Assembly: GCA_964016885.1 (NCBI GenBank)
Contig: OZ024745.1
Location: forward strand, 18,476,001 to 18,540,000
DNA length: 64,000 nucleotides
Direction: 5' to 3'
Source of the DNA: Eledone cirrhosa
Taxonomy: Eukaryota
The position numbers and the translations under genes were made by a program. A model generated the notes under the pieces. The model worked only from the letters and a program-made list of their open reading frames with translations. It searched no databases and had not been told where the DNA came from. Shown one piece after another: positions 58,505-64,000 of the stretch (position 1 is the first letter of the stretch; each line of letters opens with the position of its first letter).

Positions 58505-58654
58505 ATACTTTGGGAGGGTCATGTTGCCAATAAGAAACACACGCACCAGTTGCTTTCACTTCAATTTATTATATATTTATAAATTTACAAATCTACAAAC
58601 TTATAAATTTCTGGTTGGTTGGTTGGTTCCACAACCAGATAGTTGTTTATATAT

Positions 58655-58699
58655 AGTCATAGTCCTTTCGTCACACACTCTGTGACCTCTTCAGTGACT
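58655..58699 (-). ncRNA. Type I hammerhead in an A-related solo pseudo-LTR (58500-58768)
   Basis: AGTCA CTGAAGA G GTCACA gagtg TGTGAC GAAA GGAC TA TGACT. Confidence 0.9.
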
Positions 58700-58989
58700 G
58701 GGGATTCTTTTCTTTGTTTCTGTGCCTTTCCTTTCTTCTATCCTACGCCATTTTGTTTCAGAAACGAAATATATATATATATAGTATTAAGGATACTATT
58801 TATGGTTATGTATGTAATAAAACCTTTTATGGTTATATATTTTTTATACAAACCCTAAATAGTGAAAAATAGTCATTAATTACTATCTTATTACCAGTAA
58901 GATAAATAGCTCAATGTAATAACATCGGTTGTTTTACAGAGCAGTTATATAGAGATTACAATAATCAAAGTTCAGTTTAAATCATTTAT

Positions 58990-59038
58990 TTGCTTACAAT
59001 TGTTTCCTCCAAACCGAGGTTTGGATTCTTCGGAGCAA
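58990..59038 (-). ncRNA. Type I hammerhead with C4 core variant at the 3' end of the large PLE
   Basis: TTGCT CCGAAGA A TCCAAACC tc GGTTTGGA G GAAAC AATT GTA AGCAA, overlapping AATAAA. Confidence 0.85.
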
Positions 59039-61579
59039 CTATTTAGTGATCTATAACATACTTGACCTCCTTTTCAACACAAGAGACATATAAAAACATA
59101 TGCACATATTGATCAACAGTAGGATGACATCCATCAAAATGATATAGCATGGCAATTTACATATAAAAGTTAAAGGATAAAGATAAAAATAAAAATACAA
59201 ATAAAAATAAAAATGAAGCATTGGCAGTCTATGAAGATAAAGCAAGAGGAAAGTTTAGAGTAGTCAGTGTATGAAACAATCTCACGTGTAGCATGCACGC
59301 GTGTCTTATTTATACAGGATTAGAGTGTGTCAGAATGTTACTTGCAGGGTCAGGCAGTTGAAGCAGGCAATCGATATTATTATGTGGGCTGAATTATTAA
59401 ATCATTTTTTCGCATACACCTGTATGATATACAGTCCCAAATGTGGAGAAACACCAAAATATCAAAAATATCAAACATATTATAAAACATATTATATCGT
59501 AAGCAAAACAGTACCACTGTCTTCGCGCACACCACCACTCACATAATCCATGAGACGCAATATATAGAACACGGGTCTATCATACAATTCACGATGGTTC
59601 AGTATATAACCAAGTTATAAACCGTATCTTGTCGATTCTTAATTAATAGATCATGCTGTTTAGTTTTGTGCGATGATATTATATTCCGGAAGTGTGTGTA
59701 TGACCAAGGGGAATTAATGCGTAAGGGGAGGTAACTAGCTGGTTTACTTAGTTAAATTTATTATCCTAAATTACATTAATGGTGTTTCAAATAAGTGCCT
59801 ATCATATGCTGTTATAACTAATTTCTAGATTATGTTACTTATCTATAGGTTACAGTGTTGTCTATTAAGAAGTACTAAAGGTGTATATATCAGGATGATT
59901 ACCTTCTATTAAGGGGTGTCATATCTGAACCTTCTATAAGAAGAGTCAGACCCCCAAATCAATGTTCTTTGTAAGTGTAATTCCTCCCGCAGGACCTGGC
60001 ATGGTCCTATTATTATATATGACTCCCGGTAAGCTCTGGGTCATTGTATGTCTGAATCCTTGGTAAATCTGAATATCTCCAGGGTGGTCTGGAGATCAAA
60101 TCTCTCATATAAAGACACCAGTCTGGCCATCAAGCAATAGATAAACTCCCATCTCATATATAAATTAAATTAGGTATCTTATCTACAAATTAGAGTGGAG
60201 TCTATTAATAGGTACTAAAGGAGTTTCATATCATGAAGATTACAATCTGGAGATCAAGTTTCTCATATAAAGACACCAGTCTGGCCACCAAGCAATACAT
60301 AAACTCCCATCTCATATATAAATTAAATTAGGTAACTTATCTATAAATTAGAGTTGAGTCTATTAATAAGTACTAAAGGAGTTCATATCATGATGATTAC
60401 AATCTAATATGGAGTGCCACACCTGGACAATCTATAAGAAGAGTCAGACTACAAAATTATTTATATGGGTCTCACTACTAATAAGGGCCTTATTACTAAT
60501 AATGGTCTTATTATCATACAAGACTCCCGGCAAGTTTCGGGTCATTGTATGACTGCATTCCCGGTAAGTTCACCAGGGTGGTCCGGGGACCCGTTCTCTC
60601 ATCAAAAGATACTAGTCAGGTCATCAAACAACACAGAAACTCATAACTGATGTATCACCTGTGCATAATTCATTGTACTGATCGTATAGAATATATAGTC
60701 ACGTAATAATAAGATTACTTACTTAATCATCAATCTATCTCATGGTGGCACTCCATGCACAGGACCATGTTAGCACAACCAATACCGTGTCTACAGTTTA
60801 TATTAATCATATATTTGTGCAATGCAGTTTAAGTAATCCACGGCCGAGATATCAGAATTAGAAGTACATGGGGGTATCCCCAGGGTAGATGGTGCTATAA
60901 TGCTGCCAGTATTACCTTTAGAGTATATAAATGGGTGAGGAGATTAGGTGTAAGGTGTGCTACTGATGCTAATTGCTAGGGGTGGTGACGGTTCCAGTCT
61001 GACATTGTTATATATAGGGTTTAAAGTTTTGGACAGAGTGTCGGAAGCGGTGTTGGCAAGATGCGAACACTTCTGATTTTTTATTAAGGAGATTATGGTT
61101 AGAGAAGATGATAGTATGGGTCTCTAGTAGACAGATGTTACAAAATGTATTAGGTGGTTTGTACGATGTTGCACTACCTACCACTTCCCATTTAAGTGTG
61201 TATATTTTATTTTTAGTTTTTAGCTAGATAGTGAAGTGGAGTTGGCTAGACTGTGTTTTTTGAAAGAGTTGAGGTGCGAATTGTATCTAGTTTTGAAGCA
61301 GTTAGAAGTAGAGCCTACACATGTTTCAGAAGAGTTGTTAGTTGTGACTGTACATGAGTAGATGATATCCTTGGTTAAGCATTTTTTATCTAAAGGGCAG
61401 GTTCTATTTGATCTACAGTTACAATTATTCTGGGTGTTAGTCTGCCGGTTACTATGCTGTGTAGAAGTTTGGATGTTAGCTATAGGGTTATGGTTATGTG
61501 GGTTGTCGTTCGCAGCGTTAATGTTTACACTAGTACTAATACTATTATTTCTATTGATATTATGGTTAGTTGCTATAAT

Positions 61580-61691
61580 TGTTTCTACTTTAGGCACAAG
61601 GCCAGCAATCACCCAGTGCATTACTGGTACTTTATTTTATCGACCCCGTAAGGATGAAAGGCAAAGTCAACCTCGGCGGGATTTGAACTCA
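61580..61691 (-). mobile_element. 5'-truncated Deu/Nin-core SINE with a 72-bp flanking direct repeat
   Basis: 61508-61579 = 61692-61763. Confidence 0.9.
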
Positions 61692-63564
61692 GTTCGCAGC
61701 GTTAATGTTTACACTAGTACTAATACTATTATTTCTATTGATATTATGGTTAGTTGCTATAATGTTATTTTGAAGGTTTGTCGTCTGTTGTGATTTAGTT
61801 TGTTGGAAGTAAGAATTAATTTTCCTTTTATTGCTACTAGCTATGTGGTATGCTAAGTTAGGCGTAGTAGAGTATGAGATTTTAATAGTGTTTTTGTTTA
61901 AAAGGCTATGGTACCTGTGGCCGGATGGGAAATGTTTATCCAGTAGTGAGAAGAAAGCCCTAGGTAGGTGGGTAGAGACGTTTAGATTGAAAGGAGGGTT
62001 GAAAAATGTATTATTTCTTCTTCTATTTCTGTTTTTTATGTCTGGTAATTTGTTTCCTTTAATGTTACTATGGTAATTTCTGTGGTGCGGGTTACTTTTG
62101 TTGTTATCATCTCTATTAGTGTGTGTGTGGTTTCTATTCCTATTATTAAATTTTCCCATGGACATGTTGTGTGAAATAATGTTGTAGCTATGCGTTTTTG
62201 TAGGTAGGAACTCTATCCCTGTATTATGTCCTGATCTAGCTAATGCCTGATTATAATACTGCGAGTTATTGTTAAATGTGTTTATGTCATAGGATAGATT
62301 AGAGATTCTATTAGATACTCCCTAGAGATAGAGTTTAATATAGATCTAGGGTGGTTAGACTTGGTATCTACGTAGATGAGTTTTTCATTAGGTTTGTGGA
62401 AAGGTGTATATATCATTGAGTCTAGGTAGAGTGTGGCGTCTAGGAAGTTGACGTTTTTGGTGTTTTTGTCCATGGTAATACTAAGGTTATAGTTTTTGAA
62501 TGTTTTGTGCAATAGTTTTCTAGTTCTTTCTATATTGCATTTTTTATAATCTATAAGTAGAAGTGCATCGTCGCGATAGACTCCACTCTAATTTGTAGAT
62601 AAGATACCTAATTTAATTTATATATGAGATGGGAGTTTATGTACTGCTTGATGGCCAGACTGGTGTCTTTATATGAGAGATTTGATCTCCAGACCACCCT
62701 GGAGATATTTAGATTTACCAAGGATTCAGACATACAATGACCCAGAGCTTACCGGGAGTCATATATAATAATAGGACCATGCCAGGTTCTGCGGGTGGTA
62801 TACACTTACAAAGAACATTGATTTGGGGGTCTGACTCTTCTTATAGAATGTTCAGATAGGACACCCCTTAATAGAAGGTAATCATCCTGATATATACACC
62901 TTTAGTACCTCTTAATAGACAACACTGTAACCTATAGATAAGTAACATAATCTAGAAATTAGTTATAACAGCATATGATAGGCACTTATTTGAAACACCA
63001 TTAATGTAATTTAGGATAATAAATTTAACTAAGTAAACCAGCTAGTTACCTCGCCTACGCATTAACTCCCCTTGATCACGCACACACTTCCGGAATATAG
63101 TATCGTCACACAAAAGTAAACAACATGATCTATTAATTAAGAATCGACAAGATACGGTTTATAACTTGGTTATATGCCGAACCATCGTGAATTGTATGAT
63201 AGACCCGTGGTCTATATATTGCGTCTCATGGATTATGTGAGTGGTGGTGTGCGCGAAGACAGTGGTACTGTTTTGCTTACGATATAATATGTTTTATAAT
63301 ATGTTTGATATTTTTGATATTTTGGTATTTCTCCACATTTGGGACTGTATATCATACAGGTGTATGCGAAAAAATGATTTAATAATTCAGCCCACATAAT
63401 AATATCGATTGCCTGCTTCAACTGCCTGACCCTGCAAGTAACATTCTGACACACTCTAATCCTGTATAAATAAGACACGCGTGCATGCTACACGTGAGAT
63501 TGTTTCATACACTGACTACTCTAAACTTTCCTCTTGCTTTATCTTCAAAGACTGCCAATGCTTC

Positions 63565-63905
63565 ATTTTTATTTTTATTTTTATTTGTATTTTTATTTTT
63601 ATTTTTTTTATTTTTATTTTTATTTTTATTTTTATTTTTATTTTCATTTTTATTTTTATTTTTATTTTTATTTTTATTTTTATTTTTATTTCTATTTCTA
63701 TTTTTATTTTTATTTTTATTTTTATTTTTATTTTTATTTTTATTTTTATTTTTATTTTTATTTTTATTTTTATTTTTATTTTTATTTTTATTTTTATTTT
63801 TATTTTTATTTTTATTTTTATTTTTATTTTTATTTTTATTTTTATTTTTATTTTTATTTTTATTTTTATTTTTATTTTTATTTTTATTTTTATTTTTATT
63901 TTTAT
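63565..63905. repeat. (TTTTTA)n hexanucleotide microsatellite
   Basis: Direct inspection; the opposite arm has only ~5 units (59183-59214). Confidence 0.95.
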
Positions 63906-64000
63906 CTCTATCCTTTAACCTTTATATGTAAATTGCCATGCTATATCATTTTGATGGATGTCATCCCACTGTTGATCAATATGTGCATATGTTTTTATAT

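Larger units (their letters stand above)
58782..64000 (-). mobile_element. 5'-truncated Naiad-like PLE with ~2.2-kb 3'UTR and >1.1-kb inverted 5' copy (59088-60205 vs 62576-64000, runs off the window)
   Basis: Minus 61010-62590: GVYRDDALL, VNFLDATL, SNHP, FNPPFNLNV, IKISYS, CNC...CPL..KCL...IIYSC, VGSTSNCFKTRY, CNICLLE; arms are reverse complements. Confidence 0.9.

Overview
AT-rich eukaryotic, repeat-dominated DNA with no supportable host gene. The SINE families and (TA)n density suggest a cephalopod such as Octopus (inference). Almost all ORF-track entries are microsatellite translation artefacts. The real content is: (i) at least three lineages of Penelope-like retroelements (PLEs; RT + GIY-YIG) at 14.3-16.1, 18.8-20.0, 31.9-33.0, 51.8-55.6, 55.9-58.4 and 58.8-64.0 kb; (ii) about 15 unrelated short non-coding element families, mostly inserted in (TA)n tracts and often fold-back, most carrying a type I hammerhead ribozyme (HHR) that I could fold by eye; (iii) CRE/RLE, RTE and CR1 non-LTR fragments, Deu/Nin- and CORE-type SINEs and a mariner-type MITE. 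Top leads are a ~420-bp HHR monomer found both as a tandem dimer and as a circularly permuted, terminally redundant copy (retrozyme/circRNA-like), recurrent HHR core variants (U3-A8, C4, CNGUUGA), and an in-phase U_UUU_UUA slippery site joining two ORFs of a PLE (candidate programmed -1 frameshift). All folds and alignments are manual; coordinates may be off by a few bases.
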